From Ignavibacteriota bacterium (GTDB taxonomy: Bacteria > Bacteroidota > Ignavibacteria > UBA10030), in contig CAVSHO010000011.1 in assembly GCA_963727825.1 (NCBI GenBank), positions 384,001 through 448,000 on the forward strand: a stretch of 64,000 nt of DNA, given 5' to 3'. The notes below the pieces were generated by a model, which searched no databases, was not told the DNA's origin, and saw nothing but the letters and a program-made list of their open reading frames with translations. The stretch's first letter is position 1, and each line of letters opens with the position of its first letter. A program made the translations under genes and the position numbers. Below are positions 9,988 to 21,002 of the stretch, one piece after another.

Positions 9988-12882
9988 TTATTCACAGGGT
10001 CCTTGGCCATGGTAATAATCCATACATCGTATCGAATATTCGCCAAATATATTTGTTGTTCTGTCCAATTTGTTTGGATCTTTAATCCATTTCCCGGGAC
10101 CTAATGGTTTGTCTATATAATCTGGCACCCATCTCCAATAGACACCGCCGTTGTATCTTTGAAAGATTTCCTGAATTCTTTGTTCTTCGGTTAATGGTGT
10201 TGGGTTCATTGGTATTTGTGTAACACTGTCTATAGGATCTGCATAATAATATTGAGGGACAGGTTGTGAAGGCCAACAATTTCCATTTTTAATTGCAGTG
10301 ATATATGCTTCAACATATTTTTTCTTGTCACTGAATATTCCAATGCCTCCAGCGATATTCATTTTCCAATTCCAAATTAAATCATCTTTAGCAGGATTGT
10401 GAATTTGCATTATCCCAAAATCATTGGGATCACCTTGATTAGTTTTACTATTCCATCCTTGTAGAGGCATTCCCGAGCTTGTTACAAATTGTTTGAATCC
10501 GCTCTCTAAATAATATGAAAGAATTTGCAACATTTTTATATCGATCGCATCACAATTCGCGCCAGTCGCTGCTACTGATATTTCTGCACAGACATCACTT
10601 TTCTCAGGATTTTTCCCTTTAATTACGAAGGGATTCGTAAGAGTTTTTGGGCCATACGTTTTTCCATCTGCATCCGTTGCTTGCACATCAATCGTCATAT
10701 CGTCACCGCCGCGAATATAGCCGTCGGGTAATGTAAAAGGTATTTCAACTACACCACTGCCGGTATTATTTCCTTCAAAATGTCCTGTTGTTATTCTATG
10801 CGGATCCGGGCCAAGAGCAGTCCATTGTAATTTTGTGAAGGTAACTTTAAAAGAAGCATCTTTATCATAATTTTTAAGCTGTGCTTTTATGATCAAATCA
10901 GGCATTTTTGGGACTGGGTCAATTTGTTTCAATTCTTTTGCATTGTCTTTCGGAGAAATCACTACTAAATCTGGTCCTTCTATCGTCAATGTTGCAGATT
11001 CATTGCATGAAGCACCTTCTGCCAAATCCTGTACCATTGTATACAACTTCTTTGCCAAGACAGCATCGCCTTTCCCTGCCCTCTGTGTTTTAATTCCATC
11101 TGTAATAGCGTTCATCAACGCTTGTTTCTTTGCAACCTTTTGTGCAAATATAATCTTCTCTGCCGCCAGTTTCTTTGTAATAGATTCTTGTGGCGAAACG
11201 AGAACTTTTTTTGTTCCATTTAGGTTTATAATAGGTTTTTTTTCAATTGGCGTTATCTGTTTCTCCAGCATTAATCCTGCATACCTCTTAAGCGTATCTT
11301 TTTCTTGCCCGACATTAATCGAACAGGCAACTCCACTAACTGGAATTACAGTAATATTAACGACAATTGAGTCCACATCTATACTATCGGCAGCTATAAA
11401 CTCAAACGGCTGTGTCCCGGAAATACTTGTCCCTGAACTACCTTTACAGTGCAGTTTTCCATACCGTGCATCGGCATCCATTGAAGCAACAAATATTTGA
11501 CCTGAGGGATATGGAAAAACTCCTTGCTCCGTTTGTGCCATCACACTGATGGTTGTTTTGTTACCTGGAGATATCTCTGATTTCGATAAAGATACAACTA
11601 GACAGGCGGGCTCTACGTCAATATTACACCAACCGTTCCGTTCAGGAAATTCTGTTCGACACACGATTATCTGTGCGTTATTTTCATCGACAAGGTCCAT
11701 TATATCAAGCTTGCTATAGTATTTTACACTACCGCTCTTTGCCTGATTATAGGTAACAGTTACCTGAGTCGGTATTGTATCTGAACCGACAATAAAACTT
11801 CCCGTGTTGGATCCATCGGAAAATGTTATGCTCTTTTCCCCATCCAATGCTACTTCGTTATCATTGATATCTTTGGCAATAGCACGAACGTTCACAGACT
11901 GTCCGGCGTATATCGTGTCTAAGTCCGGTGTTACGGTAAAATGATTAGGAAGAGCTTTTATTAGCTGTATCGTTTTTACTGCCGAAACGCCGTATGCCTC
12001 TGCCCGTATGGATACATTTTCTATCATTTCCGAAGGACCACTCCCATCCCATTCGAAGAAAATACTGGTGGGACCTTCAAGGGGAACCACAATAGAAACG
12101 TCTCCAATAATACTGGATCCATCGGTGTTCCACCCTCTGAGTCTCATACCGCTTGATGGATTTTCAATCGTGAATGTCATCCTCATAGGAGATGTATATT
12201 GCTGATCAATTATAAACGGGTTTCCAGAACCGTTATACAAGAATGCGGTAATGTACGATTGATAGATTTCGTCGTAATCGAAAGATTCTAAAGATGGTGG
12301 AGATGCGATCAAACTACAACTATCGAGTTCATACGCTGACAAGGGTATGACATTGACAGTTGCCGATGCGACAGTTGCTGTTCCTGCAGTCCATGTATAA
12401 TTGACTTGATTATCGGACACTAATCCTACCGACAATGGTGCACTACCACAACCATTAAATAAGTCAACATTAACTAGATAGCCCCCTTGAACTTCAAAGT
12501 TTGCCACTGAGTCGTATATAGAAGTCTTCCAAATCGAATAGAGATTGTGCTCTCACCAGTCATTATTCCAGCCTTCCCCCGATATCGACATCACAGCGTA
12601 ACTTAATCCACCACCAGCCCATTGATAGTTGATGTTGCCAAAAGCATTGATTTGGCATGGACGAGTGGTCCTTATACGAGACCATATGGTATCTATGTAC
12701 AGCAGTGGTATTGTAGAATTTGTCATTGAGTTTAAATTCATTTGTTTCAAAATTTTTGTTCTTGGCGAAATCGAAATCTTTTCATGTATTTTTATCTGTG
12801 CGATAAGCACAGCAATAGAAAGCAGGGAAAGAATTGCAAGAATCGAAAGTCTGCGTAGAATTAAAAAGGTAGTTACTTTCAT
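9988..12882 (-). CDS. Large secreted protein (964 codons) with C-terminal lytic-transglycosylase/lysozyme-like domain; one in-frame TGA at 12553-12555
   Basis: ORFs 12553..12882 and 9988..12507 share a frame (..GWNNDW*EHNLYSIWKTSIYDSVANFEV..). N-terminal signal peptide; C-terminal LES, GIMQI and RYNGG motifs. Confidence 0.7.
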
Positions 12883-12961
12883 ATCGCCTCTCAGTTAAGT
12901 GAAAGCTTGTGGTGCTTATAGTGTAGCTTAATGAAAAACAATAAATCAGAAGTGTGTTTGT

Positions 12962-12990
12962 ATTATACTAAAGTGTTTTAATGCTGTCAA
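12962..12990 (-). promoter_or_regulatory. Consensus sigma70 promoter of the three-gene operon
   Basis: Minus strand TTGACA-N17-TATAAT, about 80 nt upstream of ATG 12882, which has a GAGAGG RBS. Confidence 0.8.
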
Positions 12991-13095
12991 CAATATTTTA
13001 CCGGAAATCAACACATTTTTTGCTACAAGCAACTTGTTAAAATACGACAAGGTTCTCGGGAACTTTTTCAGAAATATGCATCTGCAATTTATCCG

Positions 13096-13419
13096 GTTGC
13101 CAACTCCCGACTAATGCCTCCTGTCATATGTTGACGCGTTTTGGGAGAACATTTATCCGCCGTCTGTGTGGCGGGCTTCTCAGCCGTGTGTGCTTTTTGC
13201 CTGCTCGTAGCAGGCGGGAACTCTGCAACTTTAATTACCATCATTGATTGATACGATGTTGTTCGTGGTACAACTCACTCACAACTGAAAAATGAGCCTT
13301 TAGCTGGGAGGGAGTTGCACTCCCGACCAATAACCTCCCCCCATATGTTGACGCGTTTCGGGAGAATATCTCCCTTACAACAAAGACAACCAGTTGGACA
13401 CACAATTGTGTGTCCCTAC
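13096..13419. repeat. Cluster of REP-like palindromes plus a ~58-nt direct repeat
   Basis: actcccgac..catatgttgacgcgttt(t/c)gggagaa at 13096-13154 and 13314-13370; palindromes ccgcc-N8-ggcgg, gcctgc-N5-gcaggc, gggag-ttgca-ctccc; GTAG-type ggacacacaattgtgtgtccctac ending 13419. Confidence 0.75.
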
Positions 13420-13429
13420 GAATTCATCT

Positions 13430-13458
13430 TTGACTTTGCGCGTATATTTGGATAGATT
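13430..13458 (+). promoter_or_regulatory. Putative sigma70 promoter of hit-icd
   Basis: TTGACT-N17-TAGATT. Confidence 0.5.
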
Positions 13459-13480
13459 TTCTACAAGAGAAAAAAAATCT

Positions 13481-13906
13481 ATGACTGAATGTATTTTCTG
13501 CAAAATTGTTTCCAAAGAAATTCCATCGGAAGTCCTGTATGAGAACGAAGATGTTATTGCTGTTCTCGACATCAATCCAATTCATTTTGGACATGCCCTA
13601 ATTATACCGAAACAGCATTGCGACGATTTTCTAGACCTGCCGGATGGAGCGTATCATTCAATACTTCAAGCAGCTAAAATTGTCACAAAGGCATTGGTTC
13701 AGAGTCTAAAGCTTGAAGGATATAATCTTTTTTCCAATAACGGAAGAATTGCAGGACAATCCGTGTTTCACTTTCACCTCCATATCACACCGCGATATCG
13801 TGATGACAATATTAGATTCCTTCTCAATCTTAAAAAATATTCCGATGGCGAAATGAAAAGGTACGGTACGATGATTCGAAAATTTATCAAACCAACAACA
13901 TTATAG
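13481..13906 (+). CDS. HIT family nucleotide hydrolase
   Basis: CIFCKI..GHALIIPKQH..AGQSVFHFHLHI histidine triad; start set to ATG 13481. Confidence 0.9.
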   Translation: MTECIFCKIVSKEIPSEVLYENEDVIAVLDINPIHFGHALIIPKQHCDDFLDLPDGAYHSILQAAKIVTKALVQSLKLEGYNLFSNNGRIAGQSVFHFHLHITPRYRDDNIRFLLNLKKYSDGEMKRYGTMIRKFIKPTTL

Positions 13907-13922
13907 AAGATTACGAAAATAG

Positions 13923-15170
13923 ATGGCACAATACATTAAGCTAACACCGCCAGCCGCAGGACAACCAATACGATTTGTTAATGGCAAACTCGACGTTCCG
14001 GATTTACCCATCATCCCATTTATTGAAGGCGACGGTACAGGACCGGATATCTGGCACGCATCACAACGTGTATTCGATGCTGCCGTTGCGAAAGCATACA
14101 GCGGGAAGAAAAAGATAATTTGGTTTGAAGTATTCGCCGGCGAAAAAGCGAACGAAGTATATGGCCCAAACACCTGGCTCCATGATGATACACTCGTCGC
14201 CATCAAAGAGTACATTGTTGCAATCAAGGGACCCCTGACAACGCCAATCGGCGGCGGCATTCGTTCTATCAATGTCTCATTGCGGCAAATGCTGGATCTA
14301 TACGTATGTTTGCGGCCTGTTCAATATTTTGCCGGAGTGCCATCGCCGGTGAAACATCCGGAATTAATCGATATGGTCATCTTCCGCGAAAACACAGAAG
14401 ATATTTACGCAGGCATCGAATGGAAAGCCGGAACACCGGAGGCGAAAAAAATCGTGGCATGGCTGCAAAAAGAAATGGGTGTGAAGAAGATTCGATTTCC
14501 CGAAACTTCCAGCATCGGTATTAAACCGGTCTCCGAGGAAGGAACTAAACGGTTAGTTCGCGCAGCGATTCAATATGCCATCACTCATAAGCGTAAATCT
14601 GTGACGTTAGTGCACAAGGGCAATATTATGAAATTCACAGAAGGCAGCTTCCGGGATTGGGGCTATGAACTTGCGCAAAAAGAATTTGGCGGTACGCTCA
14701 TCGATGGCGGTCCATGGGTAAAACTCCCGAACGGAATTATCATTAAGGATGTTATCGCGGATGCATTCCTTCAACAAATTCTCACGCGTCCCAATGAATA
14801 CGATATCATCGCTACACTCAATCTTAATGGCGATTATATTTCTGACGCGCTTGCCGCGCAAGTCGGCGGCATAGGTATTGCACCCGGCGGCAATATCAAT
14901 TATGAAAACGGCTTTGCAGTCTTCGAAGCAACTCATGGAACTGCCCCAAAGTACGCTAACCAGGATAAAGTGAATCCCGGCTCTGTCATTCTCTCCGGCG
15001 AAATGATGCTGCGTTATATGGGTTGGAATGAAGCCGCCGATCTCATCATCAAGGGACTCAATAAAAGCATTCAGGCAAAAACTGTCACGTACGACTTTGC
15101 CCGACTGATGGATGGAGCAAAGGAAGTGAAATGTTCAGAGTTTGGCGATGCTATAATTAGGAATATGTAA
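13923..15170 (+). CDS. icd: NADP-dependent isocitrate dehydrogenase
   Basis: [56 protein letters not shown]. Confidence 0.95.
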   Translation: MAQYIKLTPPAAGQPIRFVNGKLDVPDLPIIPFIEGDGTGPDIWHASQRVFDAAVAKAYSGKKKIIWFEVFAGEKANEVYGPNTWLHDDTLVAIKEYIVAIKGPLTTPIGGGIRSINVSLRQMLDLYVCLRPVQYFAGVPSPVKHPELIDMVIFRENTEDIYAGIEWKAGTPEAKKIVAWLQKEMGVKKIRFPETSSIGIKPVSEEGTKRLVRAAIQYAITHKRKSVTLVHKGNIMKFTEGSFRDWGYELAQKEFGGTLIDGGPWVKLPNGIIIKDVIADAFLQQILTRPNEYDIIATLNLNGDYISDALAAQVGGIGIAPGGNINYENGFAVFEATHGTAPKYANQDKVNPGSVILSGEMMLRYMGWNEAADLIIKGLNKSIQAKTVTYDFARLMDGAKEVKCSEFGDAIIRNM

Positions 15171-15182
15171 GCGCAACGAACC

Positions 15183-15219
15183 TTAACCTTGTCAAAGGTT
15201 GGAACTTTGACAAGGTTAA
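15183..15219. repeat. REP-like perfect inverted repeat after icd
   Basis: ttaaccttgtcaaag-gttggaa-ctttgacaaggttaa (15-bp stem). Confidence 0.8.
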
Positions 15220-15230
15220 CAATTCATTCC

Positions 15231-15830
15231 ATGGAAAACATCAATCAGGTCAGCTATATCGTCACTTTGGGCTACGTAATACTTTGCTGGATTGTTTTTG
15301 CCATCAGTTTTCTCTTCCGAGAAAAACCGGAAAAGATGCGGAACATCAAAAGTGGTGAAGCATCCAAGATGGGTATTAGCATGGTAGGAATAGGATTTAT
15401 AATGGTATTTAGTCTCCATCGAACAGCATGCACACCGATTCTTCCTTCGTGGGATATTATAATTACTTTCATCTCATTACTGACCGTAGTAATCAGCACG
15501 TACTCCGTTTGGCTGCTCCTTTCAGGGGTTCGATATCTTGGAAAACAATGGCAAATGAAAGCGGGGATCGTCGAACACCATCAACTGATTACAAGCGGTC
15601 CGTATGCAATCGTTCGACATCCAATTTATACGGGAATGTTGGGAATGTTGATGGCAACAGGTCTGGCAATGACCGCTTTTCAGGTATTTATGTATGCAAG
15701 TATTATTGCTATTATTGGAACATTACTACTAATACAGAAAGAAGAGATTCTTCTCCGTGAGCAATTTGGAGAGAAGTTTGAAAAATATGCTGCCTCCGTT
15801 CCCACCCTTTTTCCCTTTATGAAATGGTGA
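15231..15830 (+). CDS. Isoprenylcysteine carboxyl methyltransferase (ICMT/PEMT) family membrane protein
   Basis: HQLITSGPYAIVRHPIYTG..EEILL..FGEKFEKY. Confidence 0.85.
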   Translation: MENINQVSYIVTLGYVILCWIVFAISFLFREKPEKMRNIKSGEASKMGISMVGIGFIMVFSLHRTACTPILPSWDIIITFISLLTVVISTYSVWLLLSGVRYLGKQWQMKAGIVEHHQLITSGPYAIVRHPIYTGMLGMLMATGLAMTAFQVFMYASIIAIIGTLLLIQKEEILLREQFGEKFEKYAASVPTLFPFMKW

Positions 15831-15852
15831 ATTTGCATCTCAAGCCTGTTTC

Positions 15853-15881
15853 TTGAAAGACTGGGCATTTTTCAGTATTAT
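15853..15881 (+). promoter_or_regulatory. Putative sigma70 promoter of clpS-TA-alaS
   Basis: TTGAAA-N17-TATTAT. Confidence 0.55.
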
Positions 15882-15910
15882 ATATACAAAATTCGTAACA
15901 GAGAATTGCC

Positions 15911-16201
15911 ATGACTCAAGCTCCAATACAAAATCCGACTCTGCAGGAAGAAAAGGATACCGATATACTGATTGAACAACCGGCGAAAGTAATTTTGTTC
16001 AACGATGAGATTCATTCGTTCGACGAAGTAATCGGACAGATTATCAAAGCCACTGGCTGCGATACAGCGAAAGCAGAAGCATTAACGTGGGAAGTTCACA
16101 ACAGCGGCAAAGCGATGGTGTTTGAGGGACAAATGGATAACTGCTTGAAAGTGTCTCATATATTAGAAGAGATCGCCCTTAACACGCAGATTGAAATATG
16201 A
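15911..16201 (+). CDS. clpS: Clp protease adaptor ClpS
   Basis: KVILFNDEIHSFDEV..EVHNSGKAMV. Confidence 0.85.
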   Translation: MTQAPIQNPTLQEEKDTDILIEQPAKVILFNDEIHSFDEVIGQIIKATGCDTAKAEALTWEVHNSGKAMVFEGQMDNCLKVSHILEEIALNTQIEI

Positions 16202-16216
16202 AAGGGGGATATTGCC

Positions 16217-16417
16217 ATGCCGAATATGGTGAAAGAAACTCAAGTTCTTTATAATGCTCACGGTAAAAGGACACATGTGATCTTGCCAATCAAGAGCTAT
16301 GAAGAACTTCTTGCACGTATCGAAGATGCTGATGATATTAAAGCGATAAAAGCTGTGTTCCATGAAAAAACTATACCATGGAGTCAAGTAAAAAAACAAT
16401 TACACAAGAATCGTTAA
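16217..16417 (+). CDS. Putative type II antitoxin
   Basis: 66 aa, G..THVILPIKSYEELL..ED..D..IPWSQVKKQL, directly upstream of a RelE-like toxin. Confidence 0.7.
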   Translation: MPNMVKETQVLYNAHGKRTHVILPIKSYEELLARIEDADDIKAIKAVFHEKTIPWSQVKKQLHKNR

Positions 16418-16672
16418 GTGTACTCCATCGTTTTCACATCTTCTGCGTCCAAGGATATTATTTCTCTTCCAATTATTGTTCAAAGAAGATGCGAAATCTT
16501 AATTGGTCGATTTACATACCACCCTAAACCAGATGGTTGTAAAAAATTAAAGGGGTTGGATAATACATGGAGAATCCGTATTGGAAACTACAGAATTTTA
16601 TACGGCATTGATGACATTTACAAGATACTAACGATTTACAGAATTCTTCACCGTAAAGAAGCATACAGATGA
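16418..16672 (+). CDS. RelE/ParE family toxin
   Basis: [28 protein letters not shown]. Confidence 0.85.
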   Translation: MYSIVFTSSASKDIISLPIIVQRRCEILIGRFTYHPKPDGCKKLKGLDNTWRIRIGNYRILYGIDDIYKILTIYRILHRKEAYR

Positions 16673-19463
16673 CATCAGCTGAAATCCGAAACAGTTTCTT
16701 AAAATATTTTGAAGAACGCGGTCACACAATTATTCCAAGTTCACCTGTTGTTCCTTATGACGATCCAACACTTCTATTCGCAAATGCTGGAATGAATCAA
16801 TTCAAGGATGTATTCCTTGGCACCGGCAGGCGAACGTACAAACGCGTGGTAAATACACAAAAGTGTATCCGTGTCAGCGGGAAACACAACGACCTTGAAG
16901 AAGTCGGACGCGATACATACCACCACACTTTTTTCGAAATGCTTGGCAACTGGTCGTTCGGCGACTATTATAAAAAGGAAGCTATCACGTGGGCGTGGGA
17001 ATTGTTGACAAAAATCTGGGGACTGCCCAAGAATCGCCTCTGGGCAACAATTTATAAAGATGACGAGGAAGCTGAGCAATTTTGGAAAACTCTCACTGAC
17101 ATAGACCCGAGCCATATTTTACGATTTGGTGAAAAAGATAATTTTTGGGAAATGGGTGAAGCCGGGCCGTGCGGGCCGTGCTCTGAAATACACATTGACC
17201 GCACACAAAACGGAACTGCAACTGCAGAAATGGTGAATGCCGGAATACCGGAAGTGATGGAGATTTGGAATCTCGTCTTTATCCAATACAATCGTGATGA
17301 AACCGGCAAAGCTTACTCCCCTGCCAGCAAAACACGTTGACACCGGAATGGGTTTCGAGCGCGTCTGCGCAGTACTACAAGGAAAGAATTCCAATTACGA
17401 TACCGATGTTTTTACTCCGATCATCAATAAAATTAGTGAGATAACAAAACAGCAATATAGTGGCAATATTCAATCTGCAATCGACAATCGTCCCGACAAA
17501 AAGAGTCGGGATGCACAAAACGCACAATCGGAAATCGATACATCTATGCGCGTCATTGCTGATCACGTGCGCACACTGACTTTCGCGATTGGCGATGGTG
17601 CTCTGCCGAGCAACGAAGGACGCGGATATGTTCTTCGCCGAATTTTACGCCGCGCTGCCCGTTTCGGGCGCAATCTTGACATGCACGAGCCGTTCATTTA
17701 TCAGCTTGTACCTACTCTTGTTGAGACAATGAGTTACATCTTCCCGGAAATCAAAACACAGCAAGAACACATTCAAAAAGTGATCAAAGGTGAAGAAGAA
17801 AGCTTTCAATTCAACATTGGATAATGGATTAAAAATCTTCGAAGAGCTTATTACAAAGCCTGAAACGCAGACTTCAAAAGCAATTTTCGGTGAAGACGCA
17901 TTTCAAGCTCTATGACACATTTGGCTTCCCACTCGACCTCACGGAATTAATGGCAAGCGAGCATGGACTAAAAGTTGACGTGGAGACTTTTAATAAATTG
18001 ATGGAAGAGCAAAAAGAGCGGTCTCGAACAGGTTCGGCAAATTTAAAAATTCCGATGCAAATATTAAGCGCGACTGGAACATATATACCACCTGAGAAGA
18101 CTTTATTCTTAGGATATTCTTGAAACAAAACTCAATTCTACAGTATTAGCTAATGGAGTACTTTCTAATGGTCTTCAGTGGATTGCTCTCCGTAAAACCC
18201 CATTTTATTCGGAAAGTGGTGGACAGGTAGGGGATACTGGATTTAATCATTGCGGATGGAATCCAATATAAAGTGATTGACACAAGAAGAGAACAAGGCA
18301 TTTACGCGCACATAACAAAAGGTAATCTTCTTGACATCAAAAATAAAATCGTTACAGCAGAAATTGATTTGGAACGCCGCCTTTCCATCCAACGCAATCA
18401 CTCAGCTACGCATTTGCTTCACAATGCACTGCGTAGGATTCTTGGAACGCACGTGCATCAAGCCGGATCGCTCGTTGCACCGGATTATTTGCGATTCGAC
18501 TTCGCGCACTTTGCCAAGTTAAGTGATCAGGAACTTGCCGACATTGAAGCGTTAGTAAACGAGAAGATCAAAAAAAATATTCCGCGCACTCCCGGATTAA
18601 ATAATATTCCTTTCGAAGATGCTAAGAAGATGGGCGCATTAATGTTCTTCGGCGATAAATATGGAGAGCGCGTAAATGTGATTCAGTTTGGAGATTTCAG
18701 TACAGAATTTTGCGGTGGCACGCACGTGAACAACACCGGCGAAATCGGCTATTTCAAAATTTGCGAAGAGAGCAGCGTTGCAAGCGGCACAAGGCGTATC
18801 GTTGCGGTAACGGGCTCGTATGCACTTGATTATCTAAACGAACAAGAGCATGATTTCAAATCTGTATATAATTCTGCATTTAACCGCATTGAGGAAATAT
18901 TCAAACCACAAATTAAAGATCTTAAAGAGCTTCCGCCCATTCCGAATCAGGCTTCGCCAGAATTAGCCGGTTATTTTGCTCAGTTATACAAAAACAAAAT
19001 AATTTTAAAAAACGTTATTGAACAAGACAACGAGGAAAAGAAGAAGCTGGAAAAAGAACGTGCGAAATCCCGACTGCAATCGTTTTCCGGTTCAATGGAT
19101 GAATTGATTACATCTGCTGTTTCAATTGGGAACATCAAGATGGTCGCAGCAAAAGTCTCTGCTACTTCGATAGATGAATTAAAAAACCTTGGCGACTCGC
19201 TTCGTGCAAAACTTGGCAGCGGTGTTGGATTGTTAGCTGCCGTTATTGAAGATAAAGTCCAGTTTGTCTGCGTCGTTACAGATGATCTCGTCGCTGCAAA
19301 AAAGATTGAAGCCGGGAAAGTTGTCGGTGCAATCGCTAAATTAGTTGGCGGCGGCGGCGGCGGACGTCCGCACATGGCAACTGCCGGCGGCAAGGATGTA
19401 TTAAAATTAGATGAAGCATTAGCACAAACAAAATCGGTTGTGGAATCTCTTTTACGAAAGTGA
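16669..19463 (+). CDS. alaS: Alanine--tRNA ligase, split by five +1 homopolymer indels (probable sequencing errors)
   Basis: [84 protein letters not shown]. Extra bases near 17309, 17805, 17902, 18121, 18243. Confidence 0.95.
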
Positions 19464-19473
19464 ATAAAATCAG

Positions 19474-20217
19474 ATGACAACCTTCGAACAACTCTTAAAA
19501 ATCAAGCGTGATCGAGGCGCAGGATATTTGCTGCTCATTGATCCGGATAAAATTGAGTCAAAGAAGCTGCCCGCTTTCATCCGCGAAGCAGCCAAAGCAG
19601 GAACAGATGCTTTTCTTGTCGGCGGCAGTTTAATGCTCTCAAATGAATTCGACAAGACTCTGAAAACCATCAAAGAGAATACGAAAGCACCGGTTATTAT
19701 TTTCCCCGGCGGCGTGTCGCAGGTTTCAACTGAGGCTGATGCGATTCTGTTCCTCTTGCTCATCAGCGGACGCAACCCGGATTATCTTATCGGCAATCAA
19801 GTAAATGCCGCTCCGATTATTAAACGGATGAATCTTGAAGCCATCTCGACCGGATATATGTTGATTGAAGGCGGAAATGTTACTTCGGCAGAATTTATGA
19901 GCAATACGAAACCGATTCCGCGTGAGAAGCCGGACATCGCCGTTGCACACGCACTTGCGGCAGAACTTATCGGCTTGAAATTGCTCTATTTAGAAGCAGG
20001 CAGCGGCGCTAAACAATCTGTGCCGGATGCAATGGTAAAGAAAGTAACGAAGTATTGTTCATTGCCGGTCATTGTCGGCGGTGGAATAAGAACACCGGAA
20101 GAAGCAAAAAATAAAGTAAAAGCCGGCGCTTCATTCATAGTAACGGGAACAATCATCGAAGAGAATTCACACAGTTCAATCATTCAAGAGTTTGCAAGTG
20201 CAATCCACACATCATAA
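19474..20217 (+). CDS. pcrB: Geranylgeranylglyceryl/heptaprenylglyceryl phosphate synthase
   Basis: LLIDPDK, FLVGGSL, PVIIFPG, LISGRNPDYLIG, YLEAGSGA, VGGGIR. Confidence 0.88.
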   Translation: MTTFEQLLKIKRDRGAGYLLLIDPDKIESKKLPAFIREAAKAGTDAFLVGGSLMLSNEFDKTLKTIKENTKAPVIIFPGGVSQVSTEADAILFLLLISGRNPDYLIGNQVNAAPIIKRMNLEAISTGYMLIEGGNVTSAEFMSNTKPIPREKPDIAVAHALAAELIGLKLLYLEAGSGAKQSVPDAMVKKVTKYCSLPVIVGGGIRTPEEAKNKVKAGASFIVTGTIIEENSHSSIIQEFASAIHTS

Positions 20218-20227
20218 GCAAAAAAAC

Positions 20228-20857
20228 ATGATCGGGCTTCCAATGAAAACATCCGCAAATAAAAAAATTTCACGCGATAAATTCATCAGCGATTCGCTTA
20301 AAGAAAGCAGCGAGACAAAGCTCCGCATTCTAAAGCAATGTTCGCCGGATATTTCAAAAGCAGTGGATATTATTATTAGCGCATTCAACAATAAGAAGAA
20401 AATTCTACTTTGCGGTAATGGCGGCAGCGCGGCAGATGCACAGCATCTTGCAACAGAATTTGTGATTCGCCTCAGCCCTCACATCAAACGTCCGGGCCTG
20501 CCGGCAATCGCGCTCACCACCAATTCATCTATGCTGACTGCCGGCGCCAACGATCTCGGTTATGATAACGTTTTCACCCGGTCTATTGAAGCGCTGGGCA
20601 ATAAAGGTGACGTGCTTATCGGAATTTCCACAAGCGGCAATTCTCCTAGTGTGAACAATGCATTCCAAAAAGCTCACGAGATGAAATTAGTAACAATTGG
20701 CTTTCTCGGAAAAAGCGGCGGCAAATCGAAGAACCTCGTTGATCTTGCCATCATCGTTCCTTCAGACGATACGCAGCGTATTCAAGAAGGGCATATCACG
20801 ATCGGACATATTATTTTCCAAGAAGTCGAACAGGAAATGTTTGGTGAAGTTGGATAA
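20228..20857 (+). CDS. gmhA: D-sedoheptulose 7-phosphate isomerase (start uncertain)
   Basis: LCGNGGSAADAQH, ISTSGNS, TQRIQEGH. Confidence 0.9.
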   Translation: MIGLPMKTSANKKISRDKFISDSLKESSETKLRILKQCSPDISKAVDIIISAFNNKKKILLCGNGGSAADAQHLATEFVIRLSPHIKRPGLPAIALTTNSSMLTAGANDLGYDNVFTRSIEALGNKGDVLIGISTSGNSPSVNNAFQKAHEMKLVTIGFLGKSGGKSKNLVDLAIIVPSDDTQRIQEGHITIGHIIFQEVEQEMFGEVG

Positions 20858-20901
20858 AATTTTCTGATAAATGATTAGAATCCATCTCAAAAATAGAACC
20901 C

Positions 20902-20967
20902 GTCACATTGAGCCTGTCGAAATGTAATTATCTGGTATATATCAGGCTTCGACTGGCTCAGCCTGAC
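20902..20967. repeat. REP-like inverted pair
   Basis: gtcacattgagcctgtcgaa ... ttcgactggctcagcctgac imperfect inverted repeat. Confidence 0.75.
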
Positions 20968-21002
20968 AGAAATAAATAAGTTCTACTAATAACAGACAAC
21001 TA

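Noticed and set aside
16669-19463. Programmed frameshifting or pseudogenisation of alaS
   Set aside because: Five separate +1 bases, each in a short homopolymer of an essential gene with intact motifs, fit indel sequencing error.
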